From positions 3,472,001 to 3,536,000 of the forward strand of contig OX337231.1 in the NCBI GenBank assembly GCA_946965045.2: 64,000 nt of DNA. Reading direction: 5' to 3'. This document shows, one piece after another, positions 35,725-47,500 of this stretch (positions are counted from its first letter, which is position 1; each line of letters opens with the position of its first letter). Both the position numbers and the translations under genes were made by a program. This DNA comes from Epithemia pelagica (Eukaryota; Protista; Bacillariophyta). A model generated the notes under the pieces. That model was not told where the DNA came from and made no database searches. It saw only the letters and a list, made by a program, of their open reading frames with translations.

Positions 35725-38700
35725 GGCGGGTGTTTCTCCAGCACTCCAATGCCCTCTATCCTCCTTGGTTGGACACCATTCTTTGTTGGCTATGCCTCTG
35801 TGGTTGGTTTTGTTTGATCTCGACGGTTGATTGTTTTGTGTTGACTTTGGTTGGTTGTTTGTATCGGTTTACGTCGTCCAGTCGAGCTCACCTTCGTCAC
35901 CTCAATCGATTGCTTCCCAAACCTCCGTTCCATTTTCCTCCTAGTGGTTTCGATAGTCGCCTTTGCTTATCCGATCACGTGATTTGTTTGACTCCACTTT
36001 CGGTCCTTTACCTTGCCTTTCATCTCCTCATGTTCACGTCGTCAACTTACCCTTTGGGAGTCATGAGTTTCACTCCTCCACGGGTCAGGGGCGAGCATGG
36101 TACGAGAACACGAAGACGCACATGGTCCAAGTCAAGATCTGCCACGAATTGGAACCATTGGCCCACGATACGTGCTTTACGTTTGCACAATCACACGGTT
36201 GATTGTTACGACAAGCTCAAGTTGTTACCTTTGTCAAGAGATCCCAAGATTTATACCCTTGGTCCAGATTTTAGCAACCTTTTACGTGCGAATTGTGAGA
36301 CACCCCGTTTCACATACCGTTATGCCATGCATCATATTGATCCGACCATGATCGTATCTCAAGTCGCTCACACTGACGACGCTCCAAGTGATCCAGTGGT
36401 ACCCATCATCCTTGACACTGGCGCCTCCAATGGCTTAACCATGCGAGAGGATGATTTTGTTGAGTTGGTATACGGTAATTACGGATCCATGTCCACTGCC
36501 GCAAGTGACAACCGCTTTCCTATCATCGGTACCGGTATTGTTGGATATGACGCCATTCACGAAGACGGCACTGTACGACGATGGGTCTATCCAGCCAACC
36601 TCTGTAAGGCAGCTGGTACAAGACTTTGCTCTCCACAGATTAACGCTGCTTACCTCCGTCAAGACCAACGTTTCCCAACTTTCGTCAGCAACCAATCATT
36701 CGCAAGCATTATGATTGACAAGGAATCCGAACGGCGTATTACTGTACCCATCGACTATTCCAGTAATCTTCCCATCGTTCGAGTGAAGCACATAAGAATC
36801 ACACTCAAGCAACGGCCCAACACCGACCAGTTGATTGTCGTTGCGGATTTAATCAGTGGTGTCGATGTCACTTGGAAACTGCATCTGTGACCAATAACCA
36901 GCTCACATTGCATCAGTTCTTGGCCGAACATGACGAAAATCCCTTGGACGAGATGAATCGGAACTTGAGCCGACCACAGAAACAATTGTTGTTGGATCAT
37001 CAACGCTTGGGACATATTCACATGCGTCGTCTCCAGAGGCTCTATCGTGACAACTCGAACTCTGACCCAAGCGATGGCACATCATCATGTCTACCTTGCA
37101 CATTCAAGAGCAGTGGTAGTTGTGATGCACCACAATGCCTGGCATGTTTGTACGCCAAAGCTCGACGTCGGCCAACCCAGTCCAAGGCTAATGTACCACA
37201 CTCCCAAGCAGGCCATTTGACTCCAACAGACCGAAAACTCTCTCCCGGTGAATTGGTTTCCATGGATCACTTCGAGTCCACCGTTCGAGGCCGCCTTTGG
37301 CACACACGAGGCCGTGAAAGACCAGAGCATCGCTTTGTGGGTGGTACCATTTTCTTCGACCATGGTTCAAAAGCCATTTTCTGCTATCCACAAGTCTCCC
37401 TTGGTAGCAGCGACACCATTAATTCCAAGAACCAATTCGAAGTCTCCCTCCATCAGGCTGGCCGACAGGTTACTCGATACCATTCTGATAATGGTGTCTT
37501 TACCTCAGACGCTTTTCAGGAATCTCTCAAGACCAATCGGAACACTTTTCCTTCTCCCTTGAGCACACTCTCTGGTGTCGGAGCTCATCATGCCAATGCA
37601 GGTGCTGAACGGGCGATTCAAACAGTTACATACATGGCCCGAGCCATGATGATCCATTGTCACATTCGATGGCCGTCAGCCTTTTCACCGTCTTTATGGC
37701 CCATGGCCCTTGAATACGCCACCTGGATCTACAATCACGTCCCTCAAGAAGACAACGACATGTGTCCAATGGAAGTGTTCTCTGGCACCAAGATCGATTG
37801 TACTCTGCTGCGTCGAGTTCGTGTGTGGGGTTGTCCCAGTTACGTGTTGGATCCAAAACTGCAGGACGGTAAGAAACTTCCCAAGTGGGCACGCCGATCT
37901 CGTCGTGGTCAGTTCTTGGGTTTCTCTCCCCAACATTCTAGTCTGGTGGGCATGATTCGGAATTTGGACACTGGCCACATTTCCCCCCAGTTTCATGTGG
38001 TGTACGACGAATTATTTATGTCTGTCAACAGCACGTGGTCATTCCCCCAAGACAACAGTTTACCCGACTTCTTTACCCGCGATCATTATCTCGACGACCA
38101 CGATCCGACACGTGATGGACCGTTACCCGACTTGGATTCAGTCTGGTCCCTTCCCAAGGTATCCTTCGACGACACTTCGTCCCTTCCAGTTCCGAATGTC
38201 CCCGAGGGCGAGCGAGCAGAGCAACCGTCATACGACCAGCCTACTACACCAAGCACACCATTAGATCTTGGTCGTAACCATCGCCGGACGACTCTTGAAT
38301 CTCATCCTAACGTGACACCCATCCAATTGGACGATATCACTCCTCTGTCACCTCTTGCCGAGACTGACGAGACTGACCCTTTCGATTCCACTTCCGACGA
38401 CATGCCTACCACACCTCGATCCAAACCGGGCGAGTCGTCACCCAGCTCAAAATCGGGCGAGTTGTCACCTCGTTCAAAAACGGGCGAGTCGTCACCTCGT
38501 TCAAAAACGGGCGAGTCGTCACCAAGTCCGACGCATGAACCCACTACAGGCCGACCTCACCGTCAACGTCGCGCTCCAGTACGATTTCCAGACAATTGGG
38601 CACACACAAGTGTCACAGAGCAACGTTTCTCCATGACGGCTATCAACGACGATCCAACAGCTTTTGGACACTATGCCAACTCCATCAAGTGGGATTTTCC

Positions 38701-40429
38701 TAACGGACTAGACCCAGACAAGCTCACATCTACCTTCGATTCGCGGCTCTTGGCTCAAATCCAGTCGCCATTAGGTATCATCGACGATTGGCATCCACTC
38801 TACTTCAGTGCCAAAGCCATTAACGAAGACGCGCCATCCTACTTCGACATCCGTTTGTTGTCTCAGGAAGAACAGGACAAGTGGATTGCGGCTATGGACA
38901 AGGAGTTAAACGAGCTCGAGAACAAGAAAACATTCAAACTTGTCCCTCGTATCCAAGCGAAAGGAAAGGAGATCGTAGACGTTATGTGGACCTTTGTACG
39001 GAAACGGAAACCAGATGGGACCATCTCACGGTATAAAGCAAGGTTGGTCGTCCGTGGAGATCAGCAGAAGGCATCTTTTAGCCGAGACGATACCTTCGCA
39101 CCAGTGATTGATTGGCCAACCGTCCGTCTTCTTCTCAACTTGTCCATCCAACACAATCTACACACGGTCTCAATCGATTTCAAGAACGCCTTTGTCCAAT
39201 CGGATCTACCCGAACCGATCTATGTCAATCTGCCACAAGGGTATGGGGCAGGCCAGAGCGACAAAGTCCTAGAAGTGACCAAGAGTCTTTACGGCGATTG
39301 CCGGGCACCACGATTATGGTACGATTACCTACGCAACAAACTGGAACAAATTGGACTCAAGCCTGACGGTTCCGACCCATGTCTCTTCATCGGAATGGGC
39401 TGTGTGATGATCACGTACGTTGACGACGCAGTGATTTGTGGACACGACGAAGCAAGCGTCAATCGAATCCTCGAGGGACTGACACAGACGAAGATGGACT
39501 ACGAACATCTCGGAGATCTTCCAACGTACCTCGGAGTTGAAATCAAGCATCATGAGAATGGCACCGTCGAGCTGCGACAACCGCACTTGACTCGTAGCAT
39601 CATCAGCGCATTGGGACTCGAAAAATCCAATCCCAAGGCTACACCTGCCACGAAAACAATTGGAAAAGACCTGGACGGAACACCACTCAACGCCGACTAC
39701 AATTACCGATCCGTGGTGGGCATGCTCCTCTACCTCGGGAATAACACGCGACCCGACTGCGCATTCGCCATCAACCAAACGGCACGATTCAGCAACAACC
39801 CCACAGCACTACATGGAGAGGCACTAAAACGAATCGGTCGCTACCTCATGGGAACCGCAGAGAGGGGCCTAATCCTAAAACCATCCAAGGATCTGAGTCT
39901 GCATTGTTATGTGGACGCCGATTTCGCTGGCCTGTGGAGTAACGAGAACCCCGATGATCCAACTTCCGTACGGTCGCGCACCGGGTTCATCATTACCATC
40001 GGTCAATCCCCCATCACATGGAGCAGTAAACTACAAACCGAGATTGCACTCTCAACCATGGAAGCCGAGTATATTGCTGCCTCAACCAGCATGCGTACAC
40101 TCCTTCCACTACGCAATCAATTGGCCAAGATTATTACTCATTTGCATCTGAATCCAGCGGGCCCAAGTTTCGTTTGCACCGTCTGGGAAGACAATCAAGC
40201 CGCCTTACAACTGGCGACGAAAGATCCACCGCGAATGACACCACGTAGCAAACACATTGGAATCAAATATCACTGGTTCCGCGCACACATCAACTCACCC
40301 AACAGCACTGATCCAAACGGCATCTTCATGAAAGCGATCGCAACGACAGATCAACTTGGCGATGCCTTTACCAAACCATTGGACACAGGACCTTTCGAAA
40401 CGGCTCGCAAAAAGATCATGGGTTGGTAG
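35712..40429 (+). pseudogene. pol: Copia pol (protease, GAG-pre-integrase, integrase, RT, RNase H) with one frameshift between 36767 and 36890
   Basis: IILDTGAS protease; QKQLLLDHQRLGH and C..C zinc motif; integrase SDNGVF and AERAIQT; RT YKARLV.RG, DFKNAF and YVDD; RNase H YVDADFAG, EAEY, EDNQ and KHI. Confidence 0.9.
38420..38525 (+). repeat. 27-bp tandem repeat (SKxGESSPR-like, 4 copies) in the IN-RT linker
   Basis: GGGCGAGTCGTCACC-like units recur every 27 nt. Confidence 0.85.
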
Positions 40430-40447
40430 CCCTCGGTCAAGGGCGAG

Positions 40448-40715
40448 TATCAGCGTTCATGCGCCTCTTTCATTCACTCCCACACATGCAACAAAATATC
40501 GACCTCGCACTACACCCAACTTAGCTCCTAGTCATAATTTGAGAAGTAACAAAACTCGCACTACAGTTTACATTCGTCCCTAGCAGAATCTTACGAACTG
40601 CAAACCGGAACTTTTCCGAATGACCATGGGAACCTCCCTCAACGGAACGGCCGCCTCATTCGGACATTCTACGAACAACTCGTCGGGTGGAACAGAAAAC
40701 TCCTTCACAATGACA
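40448..40715 (+). repeat. 3' LTR
   Basis: Matches the 5' LTR; followed by the TSD GGCGC. Confidence 0.95.
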
Positions 40716-41702
40716 GGCGCTTCCAACATCAAATCCATGTCTTGCGAGGAAAATAGATCCAGCAACTCGGAAAAAGATGAGAATTCAAGCGAGCCGGGAT
40801 CGTCGTGCGACGACGAGAATGTGGAACTTGGCAACAATGGGTCAGCGGTGTGATCCGGAAGAAGGCCATTTGAGTTTGACGGGTGACCTTCATTCACCGT
40901 ATGGGACGGTAAGCTCCCCGATTCGGGAGGATGTACTTGTGTAGCCATTTCCCTATCCAGAGCGTAGGACAGCTGGCGTTGCGTCTCGAACATGTTATCC
41001 AAGTTTTGTCGTGTTCTCTGGATCTTGTCAATGCTAGTGACTGTATTCGCGATTGGAGACGCAGAAGAAGGCTTTGGGCTGCCAAGCGATCTTTGGAAAC
41101 TTGTTCGTTTTGTCGCAGATACAGAAGATAAGGTCATAACTGCGGCAGTCGACAAGACACTGGCGAGATTGGTGTGACTGCTTCTTCTTCTTCGAGTCGG
41201 TCTTTCTGCCAAGGACGAAGACTCCCAATCATTTTGGGACAGATTTCGTCCTTCATTTGTCGCCCTTTTCTTTGTGGGAAGGGCGAATCGACAAGTGCCG
41301 TTGTTTGAAGACTTTCTCTTTTGCTTATGTTTGATCTGTCTGATTTGTTGCTGTTGCTGGTTCATTTTCTTGCTGCGCTTAATGGCAAAGCGAAGGGCAT
41401 GACCCACCTTGTCTCGTGCCTCCAGGCGATTGACATCTACCCATGCAGCTGTATCGGAATCAAATTTGACGAATCGACAACCATGGTCCTGTATCAGGCA
41501 TTCCACAACGGCCTTGGTGATTTTCATCTTGGAGGCCTTGTCCTTGGCCTTGCCATAGGAAACGGAAGCTTCGTCAATCACCTCACGGAACAAGCGGTTC
41601 CCTCGGATGGTTTCCGAGAGACTTGTCTTTGCTGCAAAGTATATCCATTTCTCCAATCTCGTGATGATTGGCGCCGGCTGCAGAAGACGTAGCTGTGTCC
41701 AT
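40580..41702 (-). pseudogene. DUF6824-domain gene, paralog A: +1 frameshift near 41603 and C-terminus replaced by the LTR
   Basis: ATG at 41702 gives MDTATS...EMDILCSKDKSLGNHP. One extra A then shifts to GNRLFREVI...RFVK...W......ARDKVGHALRFA. The ORF runs into the LTR after ...MLEAP. Confidence 0.8.
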
Positions 41703-43250
41703 CGTTGTACGTAGAGGTATTCAAATGTTCTCTCAATCGGTATCAAACGAATGCAATCTTGTTCTAGGTCGGTCGTTGGATGGTAGTCGGGTCGTCGTCA
41801 ACTTTGTGAGACCTTAGATGCAATTCTGACAATCAATTCAATTTGGCTTGACCCCTTTGGTTTGACGCAACGGTCAATCTTGTGAGCAGTGGCGTGGTTA
41901 CAGATTTGTAAATGATCTTGATTCATTGCTCATTCTCTACTTTCCCAACTATATGGCATCATCGTACAAAGCACAAAGCTGCTTCCAGCTTCCGAGTCAC
42001 GAATAAACAATTACACTGCACCGTTCGCACTTCCGAATTACTGCCTCTGGCACTTTATCCGTCATTGTGGATCGGCACTCATCTCCGAAATAAACTTGGC
42101 AACTGAGACAAATTACTACTACTCAGATCTTCACCTGCAGAAAAAGTTTAAGTCATTATAAGAAATGTAAGAGTCTTTGGAGATGAAGAAAGCTTGGGAG
42201 CACGAACGTGCCTTGAAGTACCCAAAATCCAAACGTGTCCACAATTTTTGCTTCTTTGTCTCCCCCAATTTCAATTTGTCCTGTCGCTATGAGCAAAACC
42301 AAAAACCACCAAGCTTCAGCTCCTACCAAATACGGCGTCCCCAACCCCCAACTGTATGTTCCTAGTTCCGCATGGTTTCCACCCTTCCATGTGGCGGCAT
42401 GCAGCCTCTTGATGGTGATTCCGGCAGTAGCCATCTCCATGTCGCAGAAGTCTCCTACGTTCTCAGACACATGCAGGAAGATAGAAGAACAAATGGGGGT
42501 CGAGGTAAACCAGATCATGTCCATTTTGTGACTGTGGGCCCAAGAACCATCAAATGTTCACTTTTGTATCGTTTCATAGAAGATCATCCAGGTATCTACA
42601 TGGAATTTTGCCTAGCTCAGATGGGAACTGAAATGTTACTCTCTTGCATCAGTTGCTCGTGATGAGGAACTTGTCGAAAATCAGAATCCGAACAATCCAA
42701 TCCAAAGCCAAGATCCATGTAGGATCGAGGATTCAATCAAGGTCAAATCTATTTAGCACCTTTTGTGTTCTTTTTCTCTCGTCTACCATGTCCTCTCATC
42801 GAAAGGGCATCCTCTTGAAACATTGCCGCGAGCATCGGCGAGCCCGTATGCCATTGGGATGGCACGCTGAAAGTAATCTCTGAAATTCTAAGCGTCTGAT
42901 ATGTATTCAGTATAGATAATTTTGTTAAATTTATCGTCTTGCAACCAATAGGTAGTGGAACCTCTGGGAACAACAGATTGGACGTCATTTTCAAAGCTCA
43001 TGAACATCTCGGAACAATCTGTACGGTTGAAAATGAAAAATTATGTGTGAAGTTACTACGCTCGTATCAACCTGGAAAAGGGCGTCTAGCAATCAAAGAC
43101 GATGGGAACCAAAAAGGATTCTCGACACGGCAAAAATAGTGATCATATCGTGGTAGTCAAACAGTGTCCATGTCGCCCACCATCATGCCAACGATACGGA
43201 CAACAGAACGATTCTCTAAATGGCGGAAAGTAATGATCATCTCGTGGTAG

Positions 43251-44087
43251 TCAAACAGCCTCCATGTCCCCCACCATCATGTCCAATTCCTTTGACGAAA
43301 AGATGTCAATCACCTCATCGGAACAGCTACTTAACAACTTTGTCGACGAAGAACGTGTATGTTCATGTAGCCAGTTTCCCATACCGATTCCATTGTGCGG
43401 TAGAACAGGACCATCTGCGGTCACTCCCATTTGCATTGATTGTACCATTTTGTTTTGTCTCTCAAAAATTTGATCGAGTTTCTGTCGAGCCGACTGAATT
43501 CTCTCGTAACTAATACTCAACGAAGATAGACTTGGTCTTCTTGTATTAGGGAGGGCTTGTGGGGTTTTCGATGTCACAGTAGTACCGATTGCGGGCTCGG
43601 AACAAGATCGAGGAGCAATAGTGCTTTGTAGTCTTGGGGAGGAGCTGGAAAACGAGGAGGAGAGCAATTCATCTGACATTCTTCGCATCGCCATCTTGGT
43701 GAGAGACGCCTTGTGACGGATAATAGACGCCGACCGTGACTCCACCTTGGTTGCCTTGACTTTTGTTCTCTTGATCGCAAACCGAAGTGCGTGTCCAACC
43801 TTATCTCGTGACTCCACAGGGTTCAGTTCCACCCACTCGGCTAGATCACAATCAAACTTTACAAACCGGCACCCATGGTCTTTTTGGAGGCAGTCTACAA
43901 TGCTCTTGGTGATTTTCATCTTGCTTGCCTTGTCGGTCGCCTTGTTGTACGAAGCCTTGGCGTCCTCGATAAGCTCTCGGAACAGGCGGTTGCCAGGATG
44001 ATTGGAGAGGGATTTGTCTTTGCTACAAAGAATGTCTAGTTCACCTAGCTCGTGGTTCTTCCCTGTCATCGTTGGGCCGTGCGTCAT
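43251..44087 (-). CDS. DUF6824-domain protein, paralog B (intact)
   Basis: DILCSKDKSLSNHPGNRLFR...RFVK...W......SRDKVGHALRFA. ATG at 44087. Confidence 0.85.
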   Translation of the reverse strand: MTHGPTMTGKNHELGELDILCSKDKSLSNHPGNRLFRELIEDAKASYNKATDKASKMKITKSIVDCLQKDHGCRFVKFDCDLAEWVELNPVESRDKVGHALRFAIKRTKVKATKVESRSASIIRHKASLTKMAMRRMSDELLSSSFSSSSPRLQSTIAPRSCSEPAIGTTVTSKTPQALPNTRRPSLSSLSISYERIQSARQKLDQIFERQNKMVQSMQMGVTADGPVLPHNGIGMGNWLHEHTRSSSTKLLSSCSDEVIDIFSSKELDMMVGDMEAV

Positions 44088-44526
44088 GGTGCTTTCGTGT
44101 AATTGCTGCTTTCTGGAGAATATGTTGTAATCAAGTGTGAGCATACAATGCTTTTGTGTTCAAAGACTGGATCGAGCCCCGAGCCGACAAGGGTCAAAGT
44201 GCCGTTGTTTCGACCTGTAGATTTCAGTCTTGATTGCACGTGTGCGTGTGTGGGGCATCTCTCTACCGGGTGGTGGTGGGGACCAATTACAGTACATAGC
44301 TACATAATAACAGTCCGACTGTGCTTAAGTATTTTCAGTCGCCTGGTCGAAGACATCCTATCAGACACGCCACTACAGGTGTGAGACAAACTCCAGCATT
44401 CTCGAATGATTGTGTGTCGTATTAATAATTAACGTTATCGACGGTCAGAACGCTGAAGCCATAGTCACTTCGGCCTCACTGGTCACTGGACGTCACCTGT
44501 GAAATCGAAAATCGGTGCGAAATCAA

Positions 44527-47500
44527 TAGAGCTGTGTCCAGCGGTGTGCGGAAGCGCAGCTTCAGCGCTGGATCTCCAGCGCTGGAGAAACTCCAGCAGA
44601 GATTTTCTGTTGCAGGAAAAGTGCGCTACATTGGTCGCCGTTCTCTGTGACTGTTGCCTGTTGCCTGTTGCCTGCAGAACGCACGAAAGCGATGTATAAA
44701 AAGCTCAGACAATGCCGCGGTAATTTGAAAACGGGCAGAACCAGACTTGATGTTCCAGCCGATCCTACCACGACTGACTACAGTGGATGCACGGAATGGC
44801 TTACTATCGATACTCCCGCGGAAATAGAAGATCGATTGCTCACCAGAAACCGACGCCACTTTGGACAAGCACATAATACCTTTCCCACCAAACCACCATT
44901 CTCGGAATGGTGCGATTGGGGGGCGTCGACTCATACGGCAGAGCTCATATTAGAGGGAAATTGGCAACGACCGGAACTTGATGAAATGCAGCAATCGCTC
45001 ATCAATCACATGAAGGCTCGAGTTACACTTGATGCTGTTCCAGCTCCTATCACCGTCGAGGAATGGGTTGGCAAAATTAAAGCATGGCCAGAGTCTACAT
45101 CAACGTCTCCATCCGGCTTTCACCTTAGCCATAGCAAAGCATTGGTGGCTTCTCACGACCTAGACACAACAACAGACGAAGGTCAAGAACTAGAGGAAAA
45201 GAGGGAACAAATCATCGCGTGGCAAGTCGGGCTAATAAATTGCGCACTCGTCAACAAATACTCGTACGACAGGTGGAAACACATTGTCAATGTGATGATT
45301 CTGAAAGAACCGAACAATCTACGGATCCATCGACTTCGTGTCATCCATCTTTATGAACAAGACTACAACCTTGTTCTGGCGATCAAGTGGCGCCAGCTTA
45401 TACACTTAAACACCAATCAACAAACTCTGCACCCAATGCAATTTGGTGGAGTCCCAGGCAGAGACGCTGTAATCCCGACCTTATGCGAAGAACTTCAATA
45501 CGAAATATCAAGAGCTAGCAAGCGGCCACTAGTCCACCTGGACTATGATGCAACCGCTTGCTACGACCGGATCGTCTTATCCTTCGGAAGCCTCGCGTCT
45601 AGAAGCTTTGGCCAACACAGGTCGATCGTCTTTATCAACGCAAAGACACTTGAAGAAGCCAAGTACTATTTAAAGACACAGCTCGGAGTGTCTGAACGGC
45701 ATTACCAACATTGCCAATTGTACCCTATATATGGCTCGGGACAAGGAGCCGGTAACTCACCTGCAATCTGGTGTGTCATTTCTACGATTCTCTTTGACAC
45801 CTACGAGGACAAAGCACATGGCGCTATGTTTAGCAGCCCTGATGGTTCTGTGAAAACTGCTCTACACATGATTGGGTTTGTGGACGATACTAGCGGAAGC
45901 GTCAATGACTTCTCGCGAGACCAACCAGCAACGCCAGAACATTACATTGCCAAGGCACAAGAAGACGCACAACGATGGAACGACTTGCTTAGTTTGTCTG
46001 GAGGCGCACTTGATGTCGAGAAATGCTCCTATCACTTTTTGTATTACACGTTCAACGTGGATGGGCTTGCGTCCTTACAATCTGGAACCTTTGGACCTCA
46101 AATTACAATTCACTTCAATGATTCGGACCAAACAATACCGATCAAACAATTATCTTCCTATCGGAGTCACAAGACTTTGGGTGTACAGAAATCGCCACAT
46201 CGAACAGATAAAGGGTTGTACCTCGCTCTTGCGAAAAAGAACAAAGCTCATACTTCCGTGATGGCCACCAGCCCTTTCTCCAGAACCGACGCCTGGGCCT
46301 ATTACCATGCTATCTACCTCCCTAGCATATCATATCCGCTACCATCGTCTTCCCTCTCTGATGCCCACTGCAATGCCTTACAAGTCCAGTTCAAGAAGGC
46401 CTTTTTACCCAAGTATGGCTTCAATCGCCATATGCCAAATGCAGTCGTTTACGGACCAGCAGAATTAGGAGGAATTGGACTGCGAACGCTCTCAGTGGAG
46501 CGTGGAATTTCTCAGACTTACCTACTGATAGCATGTCTCAGATCACCAGGAGTTCCGGCACAACTTGCCAAGATCGCGATCTCGTGGGCTCAATTTCTCG
46601 CGGGTACTAGCATTTCCATATTTGAAGATGTTGAGACACCGTTGCCACACTTGGTACCGATGCAATGGATCCCACAAGTGCGAACCTTCCTCCAAAAAGC
46701 AAACTGCAATATTGAACTCGAATCCAAATTCCTTCCCGCTCTCCAACGAGTCAACGACCGTTTCCTCATGGATATCGCAATAGAGTCGTCGCAATTCACT
46801 CCAACGGACCTGATTCTGCTCAATGCATGCCGTATCTACCTGGGTGTGACTTTGCTCAGTGATATATCCACTCCTGATGGCACAAAACTCTCGTTGTTTA
46901 CTATTGAACATCGCCATGACGATTTCTCGACTCATCACGGCCTGATTCCGTAGCAAGACCGGCCAGGCCCCCGCGCTTGGCAACAGTGGGACAGATACCT
47001 TGACTTAGTCAGACAGACAGGAGTTACACGAATGCTGATACACCCTCTTGGTTCCTGGACTGTACCTGGACAGAAATTACATCGACATTGGAAATTTCTC
47101 GTTGACTACCCTAGCTCCAAGCTTTATGTGGCCGAATCTCCCAATAGTTTTCGACACTACTGGTACCAACACCCACTTTTTCTTCCAACGTCTCAACTCT
47201 CTCCAAGTCCCCCATCGACAGCTGTGCCCGTCCATGTTAACCACTCCGGTCCCGCTTTCATTATTCTGCCTTACCGTCCTCAAGCCATCCCTCCCGATCC
47301 ACCACCACCCCAGACTTTTCTCGACTACGTCTCTTCTCTCAAACAATGGGATCAACACCTAATGTCCAAACTGGTCCTTCTTTGCTCACCTCAACAAATC
47401 CAACAAAGTTTCACCACTCCGACAGCTCGCCTCTTCTTATGCAGCGATGGCTCCGCGGCTATGTTCACTGGTAAATTTGGCTGTATTTGCAGCACGGATA

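Larger units (their letters stand above)
33699..40715 (+). mobile_element. Full-length Ty1/Copia LTR retrotransposon (diatom CoDi-like)
   Basis: 268-bp LTRs at 33699-33966 and 40448-40715; TSD GGCGC (33694-33698, 40716-40720); PBS GGTTATGAGCCC right after the 5' LTR; purine-rich tract before the 3' LTR; domain order PR-IN-RT-RH. Confidence 0.97.

Noticed and set aside
42150-43140. Short ORFs between the DUF6824 paralogs, and also at 25.9-26.2 kb and 31.2-31.8 kb, as possible gene or TE remnants
   Set aside because: I could not recognise any motif with confidence.
18733-46953. Stop-codon reassignment (TAG read as Tyr), suggested by TAG at Tyr-like positions in the rubredoxin and the LINE
   Set aside because: TAG ends NDH-2 (…GRDISRY*), eIF4G, ankyrin paralog 1 and Copia pol at natural C-termini, and other lesions are TAA, TGA or indels. 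There is no consistent recoding.
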